Origin: a virus | Taxonomy: Duplodnaviria > Caudoviricetes | Reading direction: 5' to 3' (one strand) | DNA length: 24,529 nt | Virus record (IMG/VR): IMGVR_UViG_3300005512_000317 | Span: 1 to 24,529 of that record | Part shown: positions 15,559 to 24,032 of the stretch, piece after piece | Numbering within the stretch: position 1 is the first letter of the stretch | Layout: the number at the start of each line of letters is the position of its first letter | The notes under the pieces: model-generated | What the model was told of the DNA's origin: nothing | Seen by the model: the letters and a program-made list of their open reading frames with translations, nothing else | Database searches by the model: none | Position numbers and translations under genes: made by a program

Positions 15559-18500
15559 TGCGGCACATGTTACAGGCCCACGTCGGGGCGCGTTCGGATT
15601 CGACGGCGACGCTTGCGCATTGGAAACTTGACGAGGCGAGCGCAACGTCGAACGCGCTCGACGCTTTGGGTAGCTACGACTTGACGCAAAGCGGATCGCC
15701 GCAGGTTCGCCCGTCGCTCTTCGCCGTTCCCCCCGGCTCGACCGGCGCTCGCGCATTCGATGGCGTAAACGATTATTTTCAGGGCGCGGGAAGCACAACG
15801 GCGCTCGAGGCGTTGCGAGATTCCGACTTCGCGGTGTCGGCCGTCGTGAAGCCGGACACGGTAAGCGGAAACCGTTCCATCGTCGCCTACAACGGCCCGA
15901 CTTCGGCGGCAGACGACAACACGCAAATCCTCGTCAATCTCTCTGGGTCCGAAATCAGAATCTTTTGGGAGTACAGCACGTCGACAAACGTCTCGAACGT
16001 CACGACGGGCGCAGGGCTTCAAGCGAACAAGACTTACTTGATCGTGGCCGCGGTCGAGGATGACAGCACGACCACGCGCCGGATTCGCGTCTATGCCTTC
16101 GAGAAAGATGTCGGGCTTGTCCACGAAGAGACGTTCACCGGACAAACAAAAAGCGACGACGGCGACTTGGCGCGATGGACCATCGGCCAGAACGGGCGAG
16201 GCTCAGAATACTTCGACGGCACGATCGACGACATCGCGGTTTGGAAATATCCGCTTTCGCGGGATGCGGCGTTCCTGCTTTATGGCGAGACGTTCGGCAT
16301 CTCGTACGACGAAGAGACAGTCTACGATTCCGACGCTGGCGCGTATCATCTACGGGTACGCATCGCAGACGCAAACGGAACGCTAAGGGATCTAACAGAC
16401 CTTGCCCATTCGCAAGACCTTGTCGTCTCGGCGGACGTGTCCGACGACATCGACGCGCCGGGGGCGTCGGCGACGGTCTCAGTTGTGCGCGAGGTGGATT
16501 CGTGGTCTCTCGCTCATGACGTCCAGGCGTCGCCATTGAATCAACTAACGGGTTCCTATGCGGCGCTCGTCGACTTGAACGCTCGCATTATCATCGATAC
16601 GGCGGTCATCCCGCAGGGCATGACGCCAAACGCGTGGGATTGGGTTCCGCTTTTCGAGGGGTATGTTACCGGCGTCGATTGGGGCGCGGACCAAATCGGC
16701 ATAACGGCGGGCGATAAAATGGCCCCGCTTGCGAATACGTTTATTGCGCGCGAACCATTGCAGATACAGTCTATCGACGACAACGGAGCCGGAAACACGG
16801 TCATAGTTCAGACGACCACAGACCACGGCTTAGGTGTCGGCGATCAGATTAAAATTTACGAAACAACAAATTACAACGGACGATGGACGGTCGCAGAAAT
16901 TATCGCCTTCGATCAGTTTAGAACGGTTCAGGCGACGGCTGGCGGTGTTGCGTCCGAGTCTTCTGGTTTCATATTCGAGAACGATCAACGTCCATACGGA
17001 GACGCGGCGGGCGTTCCGGTTCAAACGGTGATGCAGGAAATCATCGACGACAACGAGCCGAGACCATACACAGGCGGGACCGCTTACGGATACATCGGGG
17101 GGACTCCAAGCGTTTACACGCCGGTCGATCCCTCGTTTGACATTCGTCCATTCTATCAGAAGCGCGAGCCGGTATCTTCCGCGCTCGAAGTTCTCGCGTC
17201 GATGATTGGATGGAACATCAAGTTCCGATGGCACGCTGGCGCGCGCGCGTTCCGGTTGACGTTGTTTGAGCCAGACCGCGCGAAGAGTTCGCCGAACTAC
17301 ACGTTCACAACGGCGGAGATCTTGGAGGTCTCGCGAGCGTCAATCGAGGGCGCGGATATCCGGAACGCCGTCGAGGTTATTTATTCCGACTTCGACAACG
17401 CGGATGAAAACAACTTCGCGCCGCGCGTCACGGTCCTACGCTCCGACGCTGCGTCCATTGCGAAATACGGCTACAGGTTTTGTCAAATCGCCGAAGCGTC
17501 GACTTCGCAGATCGACAGCTACATCGAGGCGGCCGACCTTGCCGATGCGATTCTGAGCGATTTGGCGGAGCCAAAAGCGGACATATCGATCGAGGTTCCG
17601 TTCCGGCGCTTCGTCGACAACGGGGATCTGTATCGCTTGCCAGCCGACGGCTATCATTGGGACTCGACCAAAGACGTCGCTGTAACCGGTTATTCACACT
17701 CGTTCGGCGATGGCGGGGCGCGCACTACGTTGACGCTACGGGGGCAACCCGCGAGCCGCAATAAGGGATGGGTTATCCGCTTCGTCGAGCCTGGACTTGC
17801 GCCAAATCAACCAACGACACCACCCATCGAAACAACGACCGCGCCGAATCTCTCGCCGGTCCCGGGCGGCGCGGAGGTTTTTCAAAATATCCCGAACGAC
17901 TTGCGAGCGCGCAACTTCGATACGACGGAAATCCACGTTTCGCAGACGAGCGGCTTTACGCCAGACGCGACGACGTACAAGCAGATCGCGCGCGCGAACC
18001 GGTCACAGATACTCAACCTGGACCCGACACAGACGCACTATGTTCGGACGCAATTCCGCGACAAGTTCGGCAATGTGTCGCGATGGTCGAATCAGGGGAC
18101 GGTGACGCCGAAGTATATGCTTTCGGTTCCGGCGGCGCGGGCGTATCGAAGCGGAAGCGCGCAAGATTTAGGCTACGCAGCAAATACGCCGGTGACAAAT
18201 CAAGTCATCCAGTTCGACGCCGAGGCGTTCGACAGGCGCAACAATTACGACACCTCGAGCTATTGGTGGGAGTGCCCGGTCGATGGGCTCTATCGAGTCG
18301 ATGCGATGGTTTCGATCGAGTTCACTTCGGCCAATTCAGCAAACAGCGGGAAGATTCAAGTCTACCGGCAGAACAACACGCCCGCCGTTGTGTTACAGGG
18401 GGCCACATATACTGAGATCCAACATACGATCATCTCCAATTGCGATGTTGAGGGCATCGTCGAGGCGTCCGCTGGCGATCGGCTTCAAATCAGAATAACC

Positions 18501-18587
18501 ACAAGCGGGAAGGGCGCGCGAACAACTTTCGGCGCCGCGAACGCATCGACGACTTACGTTTCTTTTACCCTAGTCTCTCAAGACTGA
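15558..18587 (+). CDS. Large tail-tip/hub protein with LamG-like N-terminus and C1q-like C-terminus
   Basis: HWKLDE...FDGVNDY...YFDGTIDDIAVW (LamG); central hub-like region (LFEGYV..VDWG, SIAKYGYR); FN3-like EIHVS...HYVR..FRDKFGNVS.WS; C-terminal IQFDAEAFD...YD...CPVDGLYRV. GTG overlaps the previous TAG. Confidence 0.85.
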   Translation: MRHMLQAHVGARSDSTATLAHWKLDEASATSNALDALGSYDLTQSGSPQVRPSLFAVPPGSTGARAFDGVNDYFQGAGSTTALEALRDSDFAVSAVVKPDTVSGNRSIVAYNGPTSAADDNTQILVNLSGSEIRIFWEYSTSTNVSNVTTGAGLQANKTYLIVAAVEDDSTTTRRIRVYAFEKDVGLVHEETFTGQTKSDDGDLARWTIGQNGRGSEYFDGTIDDIAVWKYPLSRDAAFLLYGETFGISYDEETVYDSDAGAYHLRVRIADANGTLRDLTDLAHSQDLVVSADVSDDIDAPGASATVSVVREVDSWSLAHDVQASPLNQLTGSYAALVDLNARIIIDTAVIPQGMTPNAWDWVPLFEGYVTGVDWGADQIGITAGDKMAPLANTFIAREPLQIQSIDDNGAGNTVIVQTTTDHGLGVGDQIKIYETTNYNGRWTVAEIIAFDQFRTVQATAGGVASESSGFIFENDQRPYGDAAGVPVQTVMQEIIDDNEPRPYTGGTAYGYIGGTPSVYTPVDPSFDIRPFYQKREPVSSALEVLASMIGWNIKFRWHAGARAFRLTLFEPDRAKSSPNYTFTTAEILEVSRASIEGADIRNAVEVIYSDFDNADENNFAPRVTVLRSDAASIAKYGYRFCQIAEASTSQIDSYIEAADLADAILSDLAEPKADISIEVPFRRFVDNGDLYRLPADGYHWDSTKDVAVTGYSHSFGDGGARTTLTLRGQPASRNKGWVIRFVEPGLAPNQPTTPPIETTTAPNLSPVPGGAEVFQNIPNDLRARNFDTTEIHVSQTSGFTPDATTYKQIARANRSQILNLDPTQTHYVRTQFRDKFGNVSRWSNQGTVTPKYMLSVPAARAYRSGSAQDLGYAANTPVTNQVIQFDAEAFDRRNNYDTSSYWWECPVDGLYRVDAMVSIEFTSANSANSGKIQVYRQNNTPAVVLQGATYTEIQHTIISNCDVEGIVEASAGDRLQIRITTSGKGARTTFGAANASTTYVSFTLVSQD

Positions 18588-18622
18588 CACCCTTTGCCCC
18601 TCGTTCAGGCGCGGGGTACGAT
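18585..18622 (+). promoter_or_regulatory. Candidate internal promoter for the fibre module
   Basis: TGACACCCTTTGCC identical to 10537-10550; TTGCCC, 17 nt, TACGAT; GGAGG RBS at 18631-18635. Confidence 0.65.
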
Positions 18623-18642
18623 CGCAAAACGGAGGACAAACC

Positions 18643-19038
18643 GTGAAAAACTTTCTTCCCGCTTTCCTTTTCGCCGGACTCGCTGGCGTGTTCTTTCTTG
18701 TCGCGAATCCTTCGACGGCACAAGTTGAATCGGCACGAGCAGCCGGTCATAACGTCGTGGCGTGTTCCGATTCAGCGGACACAGCAATCGCCGTTCCGCT
18801 TGCAGACGTATTCGGAAACGCAAGCTCGCAGGGCGCGCAGCTTCTTTCGCTGATCGCCTCGAGCGCGACGCCGGTCTACATCTATTCCAAGAATGCAGAA
18901 GCGGCGACCGAGGGCGTCTCGCTTTGCACAGCGGCCGGATGCGTTGCGTCTCTCGACGTACCTGGACCCGCTTCGCTTTGGTACTGCAAAAGTTCTTCCG
19001 GCAGCGTGAACATTAACGTCCTCGGAACGACCCGATGA
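18643..19038 (+). CDS. Small exported-type protein with 4 Cys
   Basis: GTG start with GGAGG; MKNFLPAFLFAGLAGVFFLVANPSTA-Q has n/h/c regions of a Sec signal peptide. Confidence 0.8.
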   Translation: MKNFLPAFLFAGLAGVFFLVANPSTAQVESARAAGHNVVACSDSADTAIAVPLADVFGNASSQGAQLLSLIASSATPVYIYSKNAEAATEGVSLCTAAGCVASLDVPGPASLWYCKSSSGSVNINVLGTTR

Positions 19039-22000
19039 CGGGCGCGCTCGCGCTCGTCGCGGCGCTTACCATCTCGTCACAACTCCAAACGCATCCGACG
19101 GGGCTTCCGTCCATCGGCCCATCGCGCGCGCGTTCACTCCGGACCGCGCCGATCATGGATAAACTGTACGAGCAAGCGGGCAAGCCGGGCCTCGACCTCG
19201 ACTTCGCGCGATACAAAGACCTTACGGACGCAGTAAGCGGCAAAACCTCCATCGTCTCCTTCTCCCGCAACGCCGCCCAATCCCCCGGCACCTACGTCGG
19301 CAGCGACGGCCTTATTCATGATGCGGCGGTGAATCTCCTGTTGTATTCGGAACAGTTTGACAATGCTGCGTGGGCGACCGCAACTGCGGGCACAGCGTCG
19401 GCACCAATAAAGCAAGCGAATCAGGCGATTGCGCCAGACGGTAAGCAAACGGCAGATAAAATTACGTTCGCATTGAACGGCGGAACTGCGTCTGGCGATT
19501 TTTCGTTTATACAGCAGGGCTATCCGGGCGTGTCTGGCACCAGCTATACCCTTTCGGCATGGGTTCGCACAGATAGCGGAACTGCCGACATTTTTTTGGA
19601 TAGTGATTCTCAGAATACGCAATATGCATCGGTGACAACTGAATGGACAAGGGTTACGACAACAAGGGTCTCTAGTGCGACCGGCACAAGATATATTCGC
19701 ATCGGTCTGCGTGGAAATGTGCCGACAAGCGATAGTGCGACCATCTACATCTACGGTGCCCAACTCGAAGAAACCGACGCCGCAACGATGGCACCCACGG
19801 CATACATCAAAACAGAATCATTGCAGGTTGCAGCTCCTCGTTTTGACCATGTGCCGACGACGGGGAATGTGACGACGAATCTGCTCACGTATTCGGAGAT
19901 GTTTGATCAGTCGAGTGTTTGGGTCCCCTATCGGCTACAAGTTGACGCAAATGTCGCAAGCGCACCGACGACAGGTGAGCAGGTAGCGGACAAGCTACGT
20001 GAAGACACAACACCGGCGAATTCTCACGTTGTGCAGAAAACGCTTTCGATGACAGCGGGACGGCATACGCTTTCTTTCTATGCGAAAGCAGACGGTCGGA
20101 ACATCGTGCAGGCTCGCTACACAGGCGCAACGGTTCGCTATGTGGAGTTCGATCTAAATGCGCTGACCGTGACGTGGCGCACGGCTCAGGGGACGGCAAC
20201 AGCGTCAATCACCGACGCCGGTGGAGGTTGGAGGAAGATTACGTTCGAAGAGGATATGAATGCGGGTACCACCTACCTAACGCTTTTTCTTTGCAATGCG
20301 CCGAACAGCACCAACTACGATGGTGACGGCACGTCAGGAATCTACGTTTACGGCGCCCAACTCGAAGCCGCCCCCAGCGTAGGCCCCTACGTCCGCACCT
20401 TATCCGAAACCCGGTCAATCTCCGACGCTAACGCCGAATCGTTGGGGCTTCTGGTGGAGGAGGCGAGGGCGAACTACTTTTTGCGCAGCGAAGAAATGGA
20501 GAATTCGCCGTGGGACCGAAACGGTGGGGCGGGCACCGTCGTCACAGCGAATGTTGCTACGGCACCGGACGGCACACAAACAGCCGATTTGATTGCAGAC
20601 AATCCGGCCAGCGGAAACTCTCCATGGTTTTTGCAGACGGTTTACCCGACGGCAGGGCAGACCGTTACCGTGTCGGGTTATGTCAAAAAAGCCGGTGCGC
20701 AGGATACGGTTGCGCTTTGGATTTATAACAATAGTAACGGCGGTTCGACGCAAACCATAAATTTAACCGACGAGTGGCAGCGGTACGAATTCACCACTAC
20801 GCTGCCAGCAACTGCAACGTCGTTCCGGGCAGGATTCACGCTCGTGCCGTTAGATGGAATCCACGCGTGGGGAATGCAGTTCGAGGTCGGGGGGTTTGCG
20901 ACCTCGTACGCGCCAACGACAAGCGCAACGCAAACCCGCTACGCCGATGTGGCAGCCGTCCAAGATGAAGACTTTTCGACGACGAATCTTTCCGAATACA
21001 GCGAGAGCTTTGACGTCGGGTGGGGCCGTGGCGGGATGAATGTTGTTTCTGCTAATCAAATCGTTTCGCCGGATGGACAGACGACCGCAGACCTGGCAAC
21101 CGAGTCGACATTTACCGGCACCCACGTTCTGTACGATTCTCTGGTGACGACGGCAGCGCCGCACACTTGGTCCGTCTATGCGAAGAAAAAAGAACGCGCG
21201 TGGCTAAAACTAGTTTTGTCGACGGGTGCAGCAAACGGCGCTTTTTTTAATCTGGACAGCGGCACGGTCGGCACGGTAGACAGCGGCTACTCTGCCACGA
21301 TTGAAGACGCCGGAAACGGCTGGTACCGCTGCAAGCTTACCAAAACGACCACGGCCGCAACCCATTACACCTCGGTTTATCTTGCATCCGATGGGTCGAC
21401 GACGAGCTACGCCGGAGACGGCACCTCAGGCGTTTACCTCTGGGGCGCAAGCCTCACCGCCACCGAGTACCCCGTTGAGTACACGACGACGAGAAACCTG
21501 CTGACGGATAGTCAGGATTTTGAGCGTTGGACGAAGGTGAATGGTGCAACAGTCGATAACGATGTTGCGCAGGCACCTGATGGGACGATGACGGCAGACA
21601 GGGTGAACTACAATGGAACGGCGGCTGGCAGGATTGAGAACTATACGGCAACGGCAACTGGGACAAACACCGAATCTGTTTACTTGCGCACAGAAAGCGG
21701 AACGCAGCAAATCAAAATCGGCGCAACAAGCGCGAGCTTGTCCACGGTAACTGTTACTACCCAGTGGCAAAGATTTACTCATACCGGAACAGGGCAGTAC
21801 CCTTTCATTCGGTCTGATGTAGCCGGCAGCGTCCTTATCTGGGGCGCACAGCTAGAGCCCGGCACCGTGGCCACCGACTATGTGCGCACCGTTGACGTCG
21901 TGGGCAAGGCGTATCAGTGGTATGAGCCGACGGAGGGGACGGTGTACGCCACCGCGAGTACTCCAGCTGTTGGCACCCGTGGCATCGTCGGCATCGATGA

Positions 22001-22331
22001 CAACACGGCCAACGAGCGCAGCGAGCTGCAAACGGACGGCACAGACCCGGAGTTCGTCGTCATCGATGGTGGCGCAGGCTCCACGCTCGATACCGGCACC
22101 ATCACGGCGTACACTTTCTTCAACCTGACTGGCGCATACAAGCACAACGATTTGGCCGCCACCGTTGGCGGGCTTGCGGTGCAAACTGCGACCGATACCG
22201 TACCGACAGTCGATAGGATGCGCGTGGGTGCCATGCAGGCGTCCGACACATACCTCAACGGCCACATTCGCCGACTCACATACTGGCCCGTCCGACAGGC
22301 TGACTCCACGCTTGAGGTGATCACGCAATGA
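19035..22331 (+). CDS. Tail fibre / adhesin-like protein with five carbohydrate-binding-like modules
   Basis: LDLDF...PRFDH...GLLVEE framework, five NL..SE.F...APDG..TAD...GAQLE modules, LamG-like end LNGHIRRLTYWP; ATGA overlap with the upstream gene. Confidence 0.85.
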   Translation: MTGALALVAALTISSQLQTHPTGLPSIGPSRARSLRTAPIMDKLYEQAGKPGLDLDFARYKDLTDAVSGKTSIVSFSRNAAQSPGTYVGSDGLIHDAAVNLLLYSEQFDNAAWATATAGTASAPIKQANQAIAPDGKQTADKITFALNGGTASGDFSFIQQGYPGVSGTSYTLSAWVRTDSGTADIFLDSDSQNTQYASVTTEWTRVTTTRVSSATGTRYIRIGLRGNVPTSDSATIYIYGAQLEETDAATMAPTAYIKTESLQVAAPRFDHVPTTGNVTTNLLTYSEMFDQSSVWVPYRLQVDANVASAPTTGEQVADKLREDTTPANSHVVQKTLSMTAGRHTLSFYAKADGRNIVQARYTGATVRYVEFDLNALTVTWRTAQGTATASITDAGGGWRKITFEEDMNAGTTYLTLFLCNAPNSTNYDGDGTSGIYVYGAQLEAAPSVGPYVRTLSETRSISDANAESLGLLVEEARANYFLRSEEMENSPWDRNGGAGTVVTANVATAPDGTQTADLIADNPASGNSPWFLQTVYPTAGQTVTVSGYVKKAGAQDTVALWIYNNSNGGSTQTINLTDEWQRYEFTTTLPATATSFRAGFTLVPLDGIHAWGMQFEVGGFATSYAPTTSATQTRYADVAAVQDEDFSTTNLSEYSESFDVGWGRGGMNVVSANQIVSPDGQTTADLATESTFTGTHVLYDSLVTTAAPHTWSVYAKKKERAWLKLVLSTGAANGAFFNLDSGTVGTVDSGYSATIEDAGNGWYRCKLTKTTTAATHYTSVYLASDGSTTSYAGDGTSGVYLWGASLTATEYPVEYTTTRNLLTDSQDFERWTKVNGATVDNDVAQAPDGTMTADRVNYNGTAAGRIENYTATATGTNTESVYLRTESGTQQIKIGATSASLSTVTVTTQWQRFTHTGTGQYPFIRSDVAGSVLIWGAQLEPGTVATDYVRTVDVVGKAYQWYEPTEGTVYATASTPAVGTRGIVGIDDNTANERSELQTDGTDPEFVVIDGGAGSTLDTGTITAYTFFNLTGAYKHNDLAATVGGLAVQTATDTVPTVDRMRVGAMQASDTYLNGHIRRLTYWPVRQADSTLEVITQ

Positions 22332-22807
22332 GTACCACATCCAACGTCGTCACCGGCGTAATCCTGACCTCAGCTCTCGTTGTCGGTGGCATCGCCTTGT
22401 CGCCCGAGGATGCAGGCGTTGCCTTGGATGCAGGCGTTGTCGATGCAGGGCCAGTGCCCCTCGTAGGCAACTTCTACCTTCGCTTTCCAGACGAGCAGAC
22501 CTTTCGCCGTGAGATTCGCTCAACCGACTTCTGGCGGGCGGACATCGAAATGGTGGACGCCGGACCAGACGCAGGGCTGGAGCCTGTCACGCTGGATTCT
22601 GGGACGGTTCAGGGCGCATCTATGAAGCACGCTTTCGACTTCCTTGGTACGCTCGTCGTGCCTCGCCGAGATGCCGACGGTGGCATCATTCCTGACGGGG
22701 GCTCAGAGACGCTTGAGGGGTGGCACGTGAACTTTAGCGGTGTGCTGCCGAACGAATGGCGAGGATACGTTGTGGAGCCGGAGAATCCGGTGCGGCGGAT
22801 GAGATAG
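22328..22807 (+). CDS. Fibre-associated protein with hydrophobic N-terminus and DAG repeats
   Basis: Core FYLRFPDE...FDFLG...GWHVN...PENPVR resembles small proteins that follow phage fibre genes; ATGA overlap. Confidence 0.75.
   Translation: MSTTSNVVTGVILTSALVVGGIALSPEDAGVALDAGVVDAGPVPLVGNFYLRFPDEQTFRREIRSTDFWRADIEMVDAGPDAGLEPVTLDSGTVQGASMKHAFDFLGTLVVPRRDADGGIIPDGGSETLEGWHVNFSGVLPNEWRGYVVEPENPVRRMR
22408..22449 (+). repeat. Short tandem repeat encoding DAG units
   Basis: GGATGCAGGCGTTG at 22408-22421 and 22426-22439, GATGCAGG at 22442-22449. Confidence 0.85.
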
Positions 22808-22817
22808 GGGGGACAAT

Positions 22818-23051
22818 GTGACAACGCTGGACATTGCAGAGATTCTCGCCGAAATGCGCGCTATGCGAAACGAAATCGGGGAAATCAAAATCGCTATCGC
22901 GGAACAGCGAGGTCAGGAATTGAACCGTCGCGTTGTGGAACTCGACAAGCGAGTCGGTAAACTAGAGCTTTGGCGTGCGGTTTTGATGGGGGTCTCGACT
23001 GCATCGGGGATTTCAGCGGTCGGAGCGCTTGCGAAACTTTTTGGAGGATAG
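22818..23051 (+). CDS. Small coiled-coil protein with C-terminal hydrophobic segment (holin-like)
   Basis: Heptad-like N-half, then LWRAVLMGVSTASGISAVGALAKLF; first gene of the lysis cassette. Confidence 0.65.
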   Translation: MTTLDIAEILAEMRAMRNEIGEIKIAIAEQRGQELNRRVVELDKRVGKLELWRAVLMGVSTASGISAVGALAKLFGG

Positions 23052-23053
23052 AA

Positions 23054-23389
23054 ATGGAAGCATTGTTAAAGATTCTTGTAGCCATCGAGCCGGTTCTAGT
23101 GGGGGCAATCTCTCTCGGCGCGCTCGTTCTCGTTCCTGTCATCGTCAAAGCGGTGTTCGAGAAACTCAATCGCGACCAGCAGCGATTCGCCTATGACGTT
23201 GCGAAGGGCATCACCGAGGCGCTTGACCTCATCGACGACAAGACGCCAACCAAGATTGATGATGCGCTTTTAGCGGTCGCCCGTCAAGTCGAGGAACAAC
23301 TCGGACGAAAACTCAAGGCGGGCGAAACCAGAGCGGTTCACGCGGCGGTGTTGTCGAAAAGTGGTCGTCGGATTCTCGCGGGAAAATGA
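23054..23389 (+). CDS. Holin-like membrane protein
   Basis: ATG 23054 after GGAGG; N-terminal TM VLVGAISLGALVLVPVIV; KTPTKIDD motif; directly before the endolysin. Confidence 0.7.
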   Translation: MEALLKILVAIEPVLVGAISLGALVLVPVIVKAVFEKLNRDQQRFAYDVAKGITEALDLIDDKTPTKIDDALLAVARQVEEQLGRKLKAGETRAVHAAVLSKSGRRILAGK

Positions 23390-23802
23390 TGCAGCTATCC
23401 GAACATTTCCATCTTTCTGAATTTGTTCGGTCTGAGACGGCGTCGGCAATGGGATGGGCGAACAACCCACCGCCCGAAGCGGTACGTCGTCTTCACATGC
23501 TTTGCCTTCGCGTTCTTGAGCCGATTAGACAACGAATCGGCTCGCCCATCGTTGTGACGTCGGGCTACCGTTCTCTAAAATTAAATATGGCGATTGGCGG
23601 GTCGACGACGTCGCAGCACATCAAGGGCGAGGCGGCAGACATTTACGCAGCGGGGATGGACGCGGCGGACTTGCACGCGCTTATTATTGCGACCGTTCCA
23701 GAGTTCGATCAGATTTACTTGCACCGAAAAAACAATTTCGTTCACGTCTCGTACCGAGTCGGGGCGAATCGAAATCAAGTCTTACCGGACAAAAACAGCT
23801 AG
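23386..23802 (+). CDS. Endolysin, peptidase M15 (Zn D-Ala-D-Ala peptidase fold)
   Basis: LSEHFHLSEF, VTSGYRS, SQHIKGEAADI, FVHVSY (H, D, H zinc ligands). Confidence 0.92.
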   Translation: MMQLSEHFHLSEFVRSETASAMGWANNPPPEAVRRLHMLCLRVLEPIRQRIGSPIVVTSGYRSLKLNMAIGGSTTSQHIKGEAADIYAAGMDAADLHALIIATVPEFDQIYLHRKNNFVHVSYRVGANRNQVLPDKNS

Positions 23803-23813
23803 GGGGGATCGAT

Positions 23814-24032
23814 ATGGATGAAGGTTTCGCGGACATGCTTCTTTGGGCTTTCATCTTATCGGTTACGCAGTCGATAGCGGGACTCGTCGTCGACGGGTAC
23901 AGACGGAACCAGGACCATCCGTTGCAGGAAATCGCGAACGCCTTCGCTTTGTTGCACCAAGAAACGATGGGTGACATCGTCGAGGCATTGCAAAACATCG
24001 CAGACCGGGGGAGCGATGACGACGAAGACTGA
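23814..24032 (+). CDS. Small hypothetical protein, hydrophobic N-terminus and acidic tail
   Basis: GGGGGA RBS; MLLWAFILSVTQSIAGLVV; fills the gap between endolysin and next gene. Confidence 0.6.
   Translation: MDEGFADMLLWAFILSVTQSIAGLVVDGYRRNQDHPLQEIANAFALLHQETMGDIVEALQNIADRGSDDDED

Noticed and set aside
19035-22807. Diversity-generating retroelement or invertible fibre cassette
   Set aside because: No reverse transcriptase, invertase, inverted gene copy or ~100-nt near-identical repeat pair seen in the window.
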